In this document: positions 27,575-35,256 of the stretch, in pieces | Layout: every line of letters starts with the position of its first letter | Numbering within the stretch: position 1 is the stretch's first letter | NCBI GenBank assembly: GCA_900319105.1 | Contig: ONND01000008.1 | Coordinates: 17,173 to 81,172 of the forward strand | Length of the DNA: 64,000 nucleotides | Direction: 5' to 3' | Source: an uncultured Bacteroidales bacterium | GTDB lineage: Bacteria > Bacteroidota > Bacteroidia > Bacteroidales > Paludibacteraceae | Translations under genes and position numbers: made by a program | The notes under the pieces: model-generated | What the model was told of the DNA's origin: nothing | Databases searched by the model: none | The model's input: only the letters and a program-made list of their open reading frames with translations

Positions 27575-29632
27575 TTAATGATTGGTGGATTGATTAATGG
27601 TGACCAGGTTGACCTGCTTAATGGTGGAAGCGAGCGTGAGGATATTCTCCCCTTCTTTCCGATCGTAGTGCATTTCATCGACGATCTGGCGGATGAGCGA
27701 GATCCCCAGACCTCCCACTTGCCGTTCGTCGGTCGCTTTGGTATTCGGTATATGCGCTGTGGGGTCAAAGGGGATTCCATCGTCCGCGAGGGTTAGGATC
27801 AGGCATTGGCTATTGGCTATTGGCTTTTGGCTATTTTTTATTGTTAGCCCCATTTTGATTTCGGTGGCCTGCGAGTAATGAAGAATATTGACCACTGCTT
27901 CTTCCGCTGCGACCTCAAACTGCTTGAGGGCTCTTTTCTCCATGCCGGCACAAAGACCGAACGTGTGTATAGCCCGTTTCATAACCGGCCACTGATCCTC
28001 GTGGCAGGTCACACACATCGTCATCGGCTGAACAGGACTTGTCTTGCGGATGGTCATGAGGGTGATATCATCCGTAGGTTCGGCTTTGCCGATGAACCGG
28101 CGGATCGATTGGTGCAGGTCCTCGCCGGTCGCCACGATCTCCGTCCATCGCTTGAGCCCTAACATCTCCCGTGCTTCATTACGCGCCTCGGTCACGCCGT
28201 CTGTATAGAGGACAAGCGTCTCTCCTTCATCAAGCATACAACCCTGCTCTACAAAACGATACCCGCCGTCGTAGCCCAGAGGGATGTTCGGCTCCATCTG
28301 AATACTGATAACTGAATCCTGACTACTGATAATCGGTGCACAATGACCGGCATTGCAGAACAGCAGTTCCCCGGTAGGAATGTGTAAACATCCGATAAAA
28401 GCCGTCACGAACGTCAGGGAGGGATTATTCTCGCTAAGAATGGCATTCATCTCTTCCATGATTTCTTTTGGAGAAGTAGCACGCACTCCTGCTGCGCGGA
28501 AGAGGTTCACTGCGGCACTCATGAAGATAGCAGCCGGAACACCTTTGCCGCTTACATCGCCGATGATGAACCATAGCTCATCTCCTTCGCGGTGAAAATC
28601 ATATAAGTCTCCTCCCACTTCTCGCATCGGAACCAAGAGCGTTTGCAGTTCGATATCGCCGTTGCCTTGGGCTTTTTGCTTCTCGTTAGTATCTTTCAAA
28701 ATACCCATTTGGATGTCATGGGCGATCTGCAGTTCATGCGACAACACCTTTTTCTCCGTCTCCAGGCGGGCGTTCTCACGCTCGTCACGCGTCATCCTAC
28801 GAATCAACAAACCCACCACAAAGATGCCTAACACAAACACGCCAAACGACAACAAAGTGCCTAAACGGAGAGATTGAATAATATGACGTTTCGGAACGGC
28901 AGTCACCATTTTGATGTTGATTGGTTGAAGGGTCTTGCTCGTGATGATCCAACTATTGCCAAACCCGTCCGCAGGTGCTCCTTCACTCGCCGCCAAAAGG
29001 GCCCCGTTGGAACTATAGAGCATGAACACCGCCTCTTCGAAGGGCTTGAACTGATCCAGCAAGTTGTGGATCCATTTCAGACCGAAATCAATTCCTATGA
29101 CGCAAATCAGTTTTCCTTCTTCATCCCGCATGGCCTTTGAATAGGTGTAGATTGGTTCATCAAAATCATCATCCCTATAAGGCGTACTCCAATACCCCTC
29201 CGTGCTTTGTACGGCTCCTTTGTACCACTCACGCTCAAAATAATCATGCTCGGCATCACCAAAGATACCGGAGATGATCGTGTCCTTTGTGCGGTAGGAG
29301 GTCAGTTCAAACCATTTTCTGAGAGGATAATAATACGGTGGAAAAGCTACATAGCAGGAATAAAAATTCGGATAGCGGTTGAGGAGTTCGCTTGTCTTGT
29401 CGTACAATTCATCCGGGTGCTTCAGGCACTTTTTCACTTTTTCTGCTATCTGGGAACTGGCATCCAGCGCATCGTACAGTTCAAAACGTAGTTTCTCCTG
29501 CGCAATCTGCATCTCCAGATCCATCTTCTCCTGCAATCGGAACCGGGTCCTGCTATAAGAGACATACGCTTGCACTCCTAATCCGACAAGGAGAAAGAGC
29601 GCAGCGATGATATGTAACTTATATCGTCTCAC
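27575..29632 (-). CDS. membrane sensor fused to a PP2C (SpoIIE/RsbU-type) phosphatase and an RsbW-like HATPase kinase
   Basis: 685 aa, GTG start. TM1, then an extracytoplasmic Cache-like region of about 230 aa, then TM2. PP2C motifs VGGDLYDF, IGDVSGKGVPAA, LYTDGVTEA. C-terminal HATPase_c boxes EEAVVNILHY, DDGIPFDP, GGLGISLIRQI. Confidence 0.85.
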   Translation of the reverse strand: MRRYKLHIIAALFLLVGLGVQAYVSYSRTRFRLQEKMDLEMQIAQEKLRFELYDALDASSQIAEKVKKCLKHPDELYDKTSELLNRYPNFYSCYVAFPPYYYPLRKWFELTSYRTKDTIISGIFGDAEHDYFEREWYKGAVQSTEGYWSTPYRDDDFDEPIYTYSKAMRDEEGKLICVIGIDFGLKWIHNLLDQFKPFEEAVFMLYSSNGALLAASEGAPADGFGNSWIITSKTLQPINIKMVTAVPKRHIIQSLRLGTLLSFGVFVLGIFVVGLLIRRMTRDERENARLETEKKVLSHELQIAHDIQMGILKDTNEKQKAQGNGDIELQTLLVPMREVGGDLYDFHREGDELWFIIGDVSGKGVPAAIFMSAAVNLFRAAGVRATSPKEIMEEMNAILSENNPSLTFVTAFIGCLHIPTGELLFCNAGHCAPIISSQDSVISIQMEPNIPLGYDGGYRFVEQGCMLDEGETLVLYTDGVTEARNEAREMLGLKRWTEIVATGEDLHQSIRRFIGKAEPTDDITLMTIRKTSPVQPMTMCVTCHEDQWPVMKRAIHTFGLCAGMEKRALKQFEVAAEEAVVNILHYSQATEIKMGLTIKNSQKPIANSQCLILTLADDGIPFDPTAHIPNTKATDERQVGGLGISLIRQIVDEMHYDRKEGENILTLASTIKQVNLVTINQSTNH
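27804..27838. repeat. period-7 array (TATTGGC x5) in frame in the kinase domain
   Basis: cattggc tattggc tattggc ttttggc tattttt. Encodes NSQKPIANSQC between the N-box and the G1-box. Confidence 0.9.
28302..28336. repeat. period-7 array (NNACTGA x5) in frame in the PP2C domain
   Basis: atactga taactga atcctga ctactga taatcgg. Encodes PIISSQDSVISIQ. Confidence 0.85.
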
Positions 29633-29653
29633 GGATCATGGTATTTTGCGCTG

Positions 29654-29684
29654 CAAAGGTACTGCTTTTTTTCGATATATGCAA
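29654..29684 (-). promoter_or_regulatory. sigma-A type promoter for the sensor phosphatase-STAS-NRPS gene string
   Basis: The minus strand reads tTTGcatatatcgaaaaaaagcagTACCTTTGc with a 20-nt spacer. The -7 box ends 22 nt before the GTG at 29632. Confidence 0.75.
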
Positions 29685-29701
29685 ATTTTTCTTTAAAAAA
29701 T

Positions 29702-30136
29702 TCAATTTCGCACCCAAGTCTGATTGCGTCCGAGGAATCCGCGCTTGTCGAGTGAGCCGCGCAAGATAAGGGTGCCGTCCTTCGGAGTGATCTTACCGTA
29801 GTAGAACTTACCCGACTCCGGATCCAGCACCTGCCCTCCGTACAACTGGTTCTTGTCCGCATCGTACTTCATGCCGCGGATGATTACCAATCCGACCACC
29901 GGCTTGTTATGATCCGCACCTTCGCATTTGACACATTGGGCCTCTGGGTCTCCTACTAACAGTTGGGCGATCTTACCGTAATACAACCCGTCCGTTGCCT
30001 TGTAGATATGCACTACCGAACGATGTTCGCCGGTCTTGTCGTCCACGGTCTTCCAATCGCCGAGGATCTGATTCACTTGCGCCGAAACGCTTAACAGGCA
30101 CGCACTCATACATGCCAATAATACCATTCTTTTCAT
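29702..30136 (-). CDS. DUF2147 domain-containing secreted protein
   Basis: Signal peptide MKRMVLLACMSACLLSVSAQ. GDWKTVDD...G.IYDPESGK.Y-type pattern (GGQVLDPESGKFYYGKI). Confidence 0.75.
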   Translation of the reverse strand: MKRMVLLACMSACLLSVSAQVNQILGDWKTVDDKTGEHRSVVHIYKATDGLYYGKIAQLLVGDPEAQCVKCEGADHNKPVVGLVIIRGMKYDADKNQLYGGQVLDPESGKFYYGKITPKDGTLILRGSLDKRGFLGRNQTWVRN

Positions 30137-30161
30137 ATGATTTTATATTTGCTTGGCGGTG

Positions 30162-30192
30162 CAAAGGTACTGCTTTTTTCTCGTATTTACAA
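30162..30192 (-). promoter_or_regulatory. sigma-A type promoter for the DUF2147 gene
   Basis: The minus strand reads cTTGtaaatacgagaaaaaagcagTACCTTTGc. Confidence 0.7.
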
Positions 30193-30220
30193 GTTTTTCT
30201 GCATTTTTATTGCCAAATTA

Positions 30221-30252
30221 TTTGCATATATCAGAAAAAAGCAGTAATTTTG
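30221..30252 (+). promoter_or_regulatory. sigma-A type promoter for tRNA-Leu
   Basis: TTTG (30221-30224), N20, TAATTTTG (30245-30252). Divergent from the DUF2147 promoter. Confidence 0.7.
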
Positions 30253-30301
30253 CAGCCGATTTGAAAAAATCGAGTCTATGGAGCGCGGAGGTGTCCGGCT
30301 C

Positions 30302-30387
30302 GCCGCGATGGTGGAATAGGTAGACACGAAGGACTTAAAATCCTTTGGCCAGTGATGGCTGTGCCGGTTCGACCCCGGCTCGCGGTA
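30302..30387 (+). tRNA. tRNA-Leu (anticodon UAA), type II with a long variable arm
   Basis: Acceptor GCCGCGA/TCGCGGT (G1-U72 wobble). D arm GTGGAATAGGTAGACAC. Anticodon stem AAGGA/TCCTT with loop CTTAAAA. Variable arm GGCCAGTGATGGCT. T arm GCCGG-TTCGACC-CCGGC. Confidence 0.9.
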
Positions 30388-30400
30388 CTAACTACACACA

Positions 30401-30428
30401 GAACATGAGCAATCATGTTCTTTTTTTT
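30401..30428 (+). terminator. rho-independent terminator after tRNA-Leu
   Basis: GAACATGA-gcaa-TCATGTTC followed by T8. Confidence 0.85.
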
Positions 30429-30447
30429 GTATTTTTTTTATAAAAAC

Positions 30448-30478
30448 TTGCATATATGCAATTTTTGTTGTAACTTTG
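30448..30478 (+). promoter_or_regulatory. sigma-A type promoter (yhcH-like/glgB unit)
   Basis: cTTGcatatatgcaatttttgttgTAACTTTGc with a 20-nt spacer. Confidence 0.7.
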
Positions 30479-30532
30479 CACCCAAATTGCACAAAATGCC
30501 AAATATGGTTATGTATAAACACTAAAAATAAC

Positions 30533-30988
30533 ATGATCCTCGACAAATTAGAGAACGCCGATTGGTACTACGATAGTGTACCCGGCTTGAAAGAATTCAT
30601 GAAATTCTACACGGACAACGACCTGGAAGAAATGCCCGCTTGCAAAATCTTCCTCGACGGAAAAGATCTTTTCGTTAACATCCTCGATTTCAAAGGCAAA
30701 GAGGAAGCCAAATGCCGTATGGAGGCACACCGAGACTACCTCGACATCCAGATCCCCCTCGGCGACGACGAGATCATGGGATGGAAAGCACAGGTCGATT
30801 GCGAAGAAGTAACCCAGGAGTACGACGAAGGAAAAGACGTGGAGTTCTACGGGGATAAAGCAACCGCTAAGTTCACCGTGCCTGCCGGACATTTCGCTGT
30901 TTTCTTCCCATCCGATGCACACCAACCGGGGATCGCTCCGGGAAAAGAGTACCGCAAACTCATCGTCAAGGCTAAAGTAAACCAATAA
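30533..30988 (+). CDS. YhcH/YjgK/YiaL (DUF386) family protein
   Basis: 151 aa from ATG 30533. HRDYLDIQIPL and FFPSDAHQP are typical of this beta-sandwich family. Confidence 0.75.
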   Translation: MILDKLENADWYYDSVPGLKEFMKFYTDNDLEEMPACKIFLDGKDLFVNILDFKGKEEAKCRMEAHRDYLDIQIPLGDDEIMGWKAQVDCEEVTQEYDEGKDVEFYGDKATAKFTVPAGHFAVFFPSDAHQPGIAPGKEYRKLIVKAKVNQ

Positions 30989-31002
30989 ACACATTACTCA
31001 CC

Positions 31003-33081
31003 ATGACAAAGACACAAAACCACCTGACGATCGTAGAGCGCGACCCTTATCTGCAACCTTATGAGAGCGCACTCCAGGGACGCGCTGACTATGCGCGCTA
31101 TAAAGAAGCCGAACTGACCGGCGGTGCCAAACTCGCAGACTGGGCTTCCGGATACCTCTATTTCGGACTACACCATGACCGCAAGAACAAACAGTGGATC
31201 ATGCGCGAATGGGCACCCAACGCCACCGCTATCTATATCAAAGGAGATATGAACGGATGGCAGAAAGACGAAGCATACCGACTCCAACCCATCGGCAACG
31301 GCGTATGGGAAGCCAAGCTGCCGGAAGACGCTATCCAGCATGAGCAGCTCTACAAACTGCTCGTCGAATGGCAGGGCGGCTATGGAGAACGCATCCCTTC
31401 GTATGTGCGAAGAGTCGTGCAGGACGAGCAGACCAAGATCTTCTCCGCACAAGTATGGGACGAACCCGAATACGAGTGGAAGAACCGCAAGCCAAAAGCC
31501 AAAAGCCAAAAGCCAAAAGCCGGCGAAGCGCTTTTCATCTACGAGTGCCACATCGGTATGTCCTCCGAGCAGGAGAAAGTAAATTCCTACGAGGAGTTCC
31601 GACGCGATGTACTGCCGCGTATCGCCAAACTGGGCTATAACTGCGTGCAGATCATGGCGATACAGGAGCACCCCTATTACGGCTCCTTCGGATACCACGT
31701 GTCCAATTTCTTCGCCGCCTCCAGCCGCTTCGGCACGCCTAACGAACTCAAAGCCCTCATCGATGATATACACGGCAGAGGAATGAAGGTCATCATGGAC
31801 CTCGTACACAGCCACGCCGTGAAGAACGAACTCGAGGGACTCGGTAATTTCGATGGCACTCCCTACCAGTATTTCCATGACGGCGCGCGGCGCGAGCACC
31901 CGGCATGGGACAGCCTCTGCTTCAACTACGGCAAGAACGAAGTGCTCCATTTCCTGCTCTCCAACTGTAAGTTCTGGATCGACGAGTATGACTTCGACGG
32001 TTTCCGCTTCGATGGCGTGACCTCGATGATCTACCGCTCACATGGTCTGGGAGAGGATTTCAACGGCTATCCCTCTTATTTCAACGGCAACGAAGATGGC
32101 GATGCACTCATGTACCTCACCCTCGCGAACAAGGTCATCCATGAGGTCAAACCCGACGCCATCACCATCGCCGAAGAGATGTCCGGCATGCCCGGACTCG
32201 CCGCGCCTATCGAGGACGGCGGTGTCGGCTTCGACTATCGTCTGGCGATGGGTATCCCCGATTTCTGGATCAAGTATATCAAGGAGGTCAAGGACGAGGA
32301 CTGGAAAGCCGGACACATCCTCTTTGAGATGACCAACCGCCGAGAGGACGAGAAGACCATCTCCTATGCCGAGAGCCATGACCAGGCGCTCGTCGGGGAC
32401 AAGACCATCATCTTCCGGCTCGTGGACTCCGACATGTACTGGCATTTCGAGCATGGCCATTCTACCTATATGGCCGACCGCGGTATTGCGTTGCATAAAA
32501 TGATCCGCCTCGTGACGGCAAGTACCATCAATGGTGGCTACCTCACCTTCATGGGCAATGAGTTCGGACATCCCGAGTGGATCGATTTCCCGCGTGAGGG
32601 CAACGGATGGAGTTATAAGTACGCACGACGCCAGTGGAGTCTCGTCGATAACCCCAACTATTTCTTCGCGGACCTCAACCGCTTCGACGAAGCCATGGTA
32701 CATCTGCTCAAGGAACACCTGCTGATGCAAAAACCGACGGCAGAGGAGAAGAAATACCACGTTTCCAAACATCTGCCGTGGGTCATGAAATGGTGGGACA
32801 ACGAAGGCGATCAGGTGGTGGCTTACTCACGCGGTAACCTCCTCTTTATCTTCAACTGGAACGGACAGAAATCCTTCTCGGACTATGGCATGCTCGTTCC
32901 CGAAGGCAAATACAAAGTGGTTCTCAATACAGACGCCAAGGAGTTCGCCGGCTTCGGACTTAGCGATGACTCCGTCGAGCATTTCACCCAGCACGACGAA
33001 CTCTACGCCAAGGACGGTAAGGGTTGGCTCAAGATGTACCTTCCCGCCCGCTCCGCAGTCGTTCTAAAGAGAGAAAACTAA
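31003..33081 (+). CDS. glgB: 1,4-alpha-glucan branching enzyme (GH13, eukaryote-like subfamily)
   Basis: 692 aa. GH13 conserved regions DLVHSHA, GFRFDGVTSM, IAEEMSG and YAESHDQ. Confidence 0.92.
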   Translation: MTKTQNHLTIVERDPYLQPYESALQGRADYARYKEAELTGGAKLADWASGYLYFGLHHDRKNKQWIMREWAPNATAIYIKGDMNGWQKDEAYRLQPIGNGVWEAKLPEDAIQHEQLYKLLVEWQGGYGERIPSYVRRVVQDEQTKIFSAQVWDEPEYEWKNRKPKAKSQKPKAGEALFIYECHIGMSSEQEKVNSYEEFRRDVLPRIAKLGYNCVQIMAIQEHPYYGSFGYHVSNFFAASSRFGTPNELKALIDDIHGRGMKVIMDLVHSHAVKNELEGLGNFDGTPYQYFHDGARREHPAWDSLCFNYGKNEVLHFLLSNCKFWIDEYDFDGFRFDGVTSMIYRSHGLGEDFNGYPSYFNGNEDGDALMYLTLANKVIHEVKPDAITIAEEMSGMPGLAAPIEDGGVGFDYRLAMGIPDFWIKYIKEVKDEDWKAGHILFEMTNRREDEKTISYAESHDQALVGDKTIIFRLVDSDMYWHFEHGHSTYMADRGIALHKMIRLVTASTINGGYLTFMGNEFGHPEWIDFPREGNGWSYKYARRQWSLVDNPNYFFADLNRFDEAMVHLLKEHLLMQKPTAEEKKYHVSKHLPWVMKWWDNEGDQVVAYSRGNLLFIFNWNGQKSFSDYGMLVPEGKYKVVLNTDAKEFAGFGLSDDSVEHFTQHDELYAKDGKGWLKMYLPARSAVVLKREN
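31491..31521. repeat. period-7 array (GCCAAAA x4) in frame in glgB
   Basis: gccaaaa x4, then gccggcg. Encodes KPKAKSQKPKAG between the N-terminal domain and the catalytic barrel. Confidence 0.9.
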
Positions 33082-33122
33082 ACTAGTTATACTAGTTATA
33101 CTAGTTCCACTAGTTGACTACA
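33079..33122. repeat. period-9 array (ACTAGTT x4)
   Basis: ACTAGTT at 33082, 33091, 33100 and 33109. Immediately 3' of the glgB stop. Related to the ACTAGTC units at 3130-3150. Confidence 0.9.
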
Positions 33123-33138
33123 AAAAAACCTCACAGCA

Positions 33139-33684
33139 ATGAAAAAGAGTATTTATTATTCCTTTGTACTTTGTACATTGTCCCTTTGTACCTTATTGAC
33201 GGCCTGCGCCAAGAAACCCGCTCAGCAGAACGAGCAACAAGAACAACCGCAGGAAAATGAACAAATGGTAAATGACCAAACGGTCAATTACCAGGACATC
33301 ACCGCCCTCACGCCAGACGGCGCTGAACTGTCGCTCAGCGACCTCATCGGACAAACGGACTATGTCCTACTCGATTTCTGGGCGTCCTGGTGCGGACCCT
33401 GCCGACGATTCGTGCCCGTACTCAAGGAGATATACGCTTCGCAACCTGCCGGACATCTGCAGATTCTCAGCTGCTCCGTTGATCAGGATATCATGGCGTG
33501 GCAAGTAGCCCTCAACGAGGAACAGATGCCTTGGCCGCAGATGCGCGAGGACGCAGAACACCCCTGCTCCGATAAGTACAACGTCCAGTTCATCCCTCAT
33601 ACCGTCCTCTTCGACCGCGAGGGAAAAATCGTGGCCGTCAACCCCGAAGAACCCGATCTCGAAGAGATCCTCCTCGGCGAATAA
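33139..33684 (+). CDS. TlpA-like thioredoxin-fold lipoprotein (thiol:disulfide oxidoreductase)
   Basis: Lipobox LLTAC and FWASWCGPCRRFVP (CxxC active site). Confidence 0.85.
   Translation: MKKSIYYSFVLCTLSLCTLLTACAKKPAQQNEQQEQPQENEQMVNDQTVNYQDITALTPDGAELSLSDLIGQTDYVLLDFWASWCGPCRRFVPVLKEIYASQPAGHLQILSCSVDQDIMAWQVALNEEQMPWPQMREDAEHPCSDKYNVQFIPHTVLFDREGKIVAVNPEEPDLEEILLGE
33161..33193. repeat. period-7/8 array (CTTTGTA family) encoding the signal-peptide core
   Basis: cctttgta ctttgta cattgtc cctttgta cc. Translates to FVLCTLSLCTLL. The same family occurs at 55549-55585. Confidence 0.85.
33255..33293. repeat. AAATGACC/AAACGGT family array, in frame
   Basis: aaatgaac aaatggt aaatgacc aaacggt caattacc. 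Encodes ENEQMVNDQTVNYQ in the lipoprotein linker. Confidence 0.85.
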
Positions 33685-33730
33685 ATGACTAAATAAATGG
33701 TAAATTGTAAATGAACAAATAGTAAATGAA
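33683..33730. repeat. AAATGAMY family array, intergenic
   Basis: aaatgact aaat aaatggt aaattgt aaatgaac aaatagt aaatgaa. Fills the gap between the tlpA-like gene and nagB. Confidence 0.85.
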
Positions 33731-33733
33731 TTT

Positions 33734-34543
33734 ATGCGAGTAATTATCGAACCTTCGTATGACCTGCTCAGTCAGTGGGCTGCGAACTATGTAGCTAAAA
33801 AAATCAATGAGTTTGACCCCAAAGAGAGCAAACCCTTCGTCTTAGGCCTCCCTACCGGCTCGTCACCGTTGGGCATGTACAAAGCCCTGATCGAACTCAA
33901 CAAAGCCGGCAAAGTGTCCTTCCGCAATGTGGTCACTTTCAACATGGATGAGTACGTGAACCTGCCCGAAGAGCACCCCGAGAGCTATCATAGCTTCATG
34001 TGGAATAATTTCTTCTCACATATCGACATCCGTAAGGAGAACGTCAATATCCTCAACGGTAATGCACCCGACCTCGTGGCAGAGTGTGCCCGTTATGAGC
34101 AGAAGATCAAAGATATCGGTGGCATACACCTCTTCCTCGGTGGTATCGGCCCCGATGGACACATCGCCTTCAACGAACCCGGCTCGTCGCTCACCAGCCG
34201 CACGCGTAAGAAAGAACTGACCACCGATACCATCATCGCCAACAGCCGTTTCTTCGATAACGACGTCAACCTGGTACCCAAAACAGCACTCACCGTCGGC
34301 GTAGGAACCGTCATGGATGCCCAAGAGGTACTCATCATGGTTAACGGACATAACAAAGCACGTGCCCTCCAGCACGCGATCGAGGAGCCGATCAGTCATA
34401 TGTGGACTGTCTCCATGCTACAGATGCACCAACATGGTATCATCGTCTGCGACGAGGCGGCTTGCGAGGAACTCAAGGTAGGCACCTTCAACTATTTCAA
34501 GGACATCGAGAAGAACAACCTCGATCCCCAGACCTTGCTGTAA
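33734..34543 (+). CDS. nagB: glucosamine-6-phosphate deaminase
   Basis: 269 aa. [19 protein letters not shown] and [16 protein letters not shown] are diagnostic. Confidence 0.95.
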   Translation: MRVIIEPSYDLLSQWAANYVAKKINEFDPKESKPFVLGLPTGSSPLGMYKALIELNKAGKVSFRNVVTFNMDEYVNLPEEHPESYHSFMWNNFFSHIDIRKENVNILNGNAPDLVAECARYEQKIKDIGGIHLFLGGIGPDGHIAFNEPGSSLTSRTRKKELTTDTIIANSRFFDNDVNLVPKTALTVGVGTVMDAQEVLIMVNGHNKARALQHAIEEPISHMWTVSMLQMHQHGIIVCDEAACEELKVGTFNYFKDIEKNNLDPQTLL

Positions 34544-34551
34544 TATACCGG

Positions 34552-34623
34552 GTATCGTTATTCTTTGGAGTGTCGGTATTAATTGGAGTATCGTTATTCC
34601 CTGGAGTGTCGTTATTCTTTAAT
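34552..34623. repeat. 18-nt tandem repeat x4
   Basis: gtatcgttattctttgga / gtgtcggtattaattgga / gtatcgttattccctgga / gtgtcgttattctttaat. Starts 9 nt after the nagB stop. Confidence 0.9.
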
Positions 34624-34629
34624 GGACGA

Positions 34630-34665
34630 GTGGGCGTACGTACGAGCGTACGCCCACGCTCTTTT
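34630..34665 (+). terminator. strong GC hairpin with a short T-run (possible nagB terminator)
   Basis: GTGGGCGTACG-tacgag-CGTACGCCCAC, then gctcTTTTg. Confidence 0.55.
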
Positions 34666-34936
34666 GTCCATTTCCCGGCATGCTATGCCGGCATATATAC
34701 CTCTGTGCATTTTTGTCGCATCCTTGCGACAACGGTGAAGGGCTTTGCCCGATCGAGCGTCCTGTGGACGGTCGTAGAACAAAACGGGTGGGGCTCCCCT
34801 CCTCCCACACTTATAAAACCATAAGATTGCCCAACCATTACCGAAGGATTACCCAAGGATAAAACCCCAAAAAGTGCATTTAGGCGCTTTTACTGTATAT
34901 ATACATAGTATATATACACTTTTTACCCTTCCCACA

Positions 34937-34957
34937 CCTAATCCCCTAACCCCTAAT
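34937..34957. repeat. period-7 array CCCTAAY x3
   Basis: cctaatc ccctaac ccctaat. Confidence 0.8.
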
Positions 34958-34986
34958 TCGAATGTTTTTAGGTTTTTTTCCTCTCA

Positions 34987-35000
34987 AACGACTAACGACC
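34987..35000. repeat. AACGACY x2 (reverse complement of the RGTCGTT family at 3088)
   Basis: aacgact aacgacc is the reverse complement of ggtcgtt agtcgtt. Confidence 0.75.
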
Positions 35001-35057
35001 ATTTTTGCCAACCACATTGCACAAAAAGTGATTTTTTTGTTTTTTTGGGAGAAAAAC

Positions 35058-35088
35058 TTGCATATTTTAGAAAAATGTAGTACCTTTG
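35058..35088 (+). promoter_or_regulatory. sigma-A type promoter for the giant surface-protein gene
   Basis: cTTGcatattttagaaaaatgtagTACCTTTGt with a 20-nt spacer. Implies a leader of about 165 nt before ATG 35257. Confidence 0.7.
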
Positions 35089-35256
35089 TGACGTATTTGT
35101 AAGGGTATATAGAATTACCACCCCCATAAACAGCTGATTTATAGCTGCTTAAACACTTAACTAAAGGCCACGAACACGGTCTGTTATAGGTGTATTTATA
35201 GTATAGGGGAAAAGAAACAAAAGGTAACTAAACATTGTAAATTTAAGGTAAAAAAG

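Noticed and set aside
27575-29632. Whether a sigma factor or anti-sigma target for the partner-switching module is hidden in alternative frames near the operon
   Set aside because: Flanking ORFs on both strands between 27268 and 30136 are short antisense shadows, or the DUF2147 gene. No region 2 or region 4 sigma motifs were seen.
30302-30387. G1-U72 wobble at the top of the tRNA-Leu acceptor stem, as a possible sign of a pseudo-tRNA
   Set aside because: All other stems, the anticodon loop, the T-loop (TTCGACC) and the long variable arm are canonical. The gene also has its own promoter and terminator. A single wobble pair is compatible with function.
34402-34824. 140-aa plus-strand ORF spanning the nagB 3' end and the repeat/hairpin spacer, plus 34619-34810 on the minus strand
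   Set aside because: The translation is dictated by the 18-nt repeats (VSLFFGVSVLIGVSLFPGVSLFF) and the hairpins. It overlaps the nagB coding sequence in another frame and has no promoter or start context.
34937-34957. CCCTAA-like telomere-type repeat (cctaatc ccctaac ccctaat)
   Set aside because: There are only three imperfect 7-nt units, inside a spacer full of other heptamer arrays. It is best explained as another member of the same microsatellite class, not a telomeric or eukaryotic contaminant signal.
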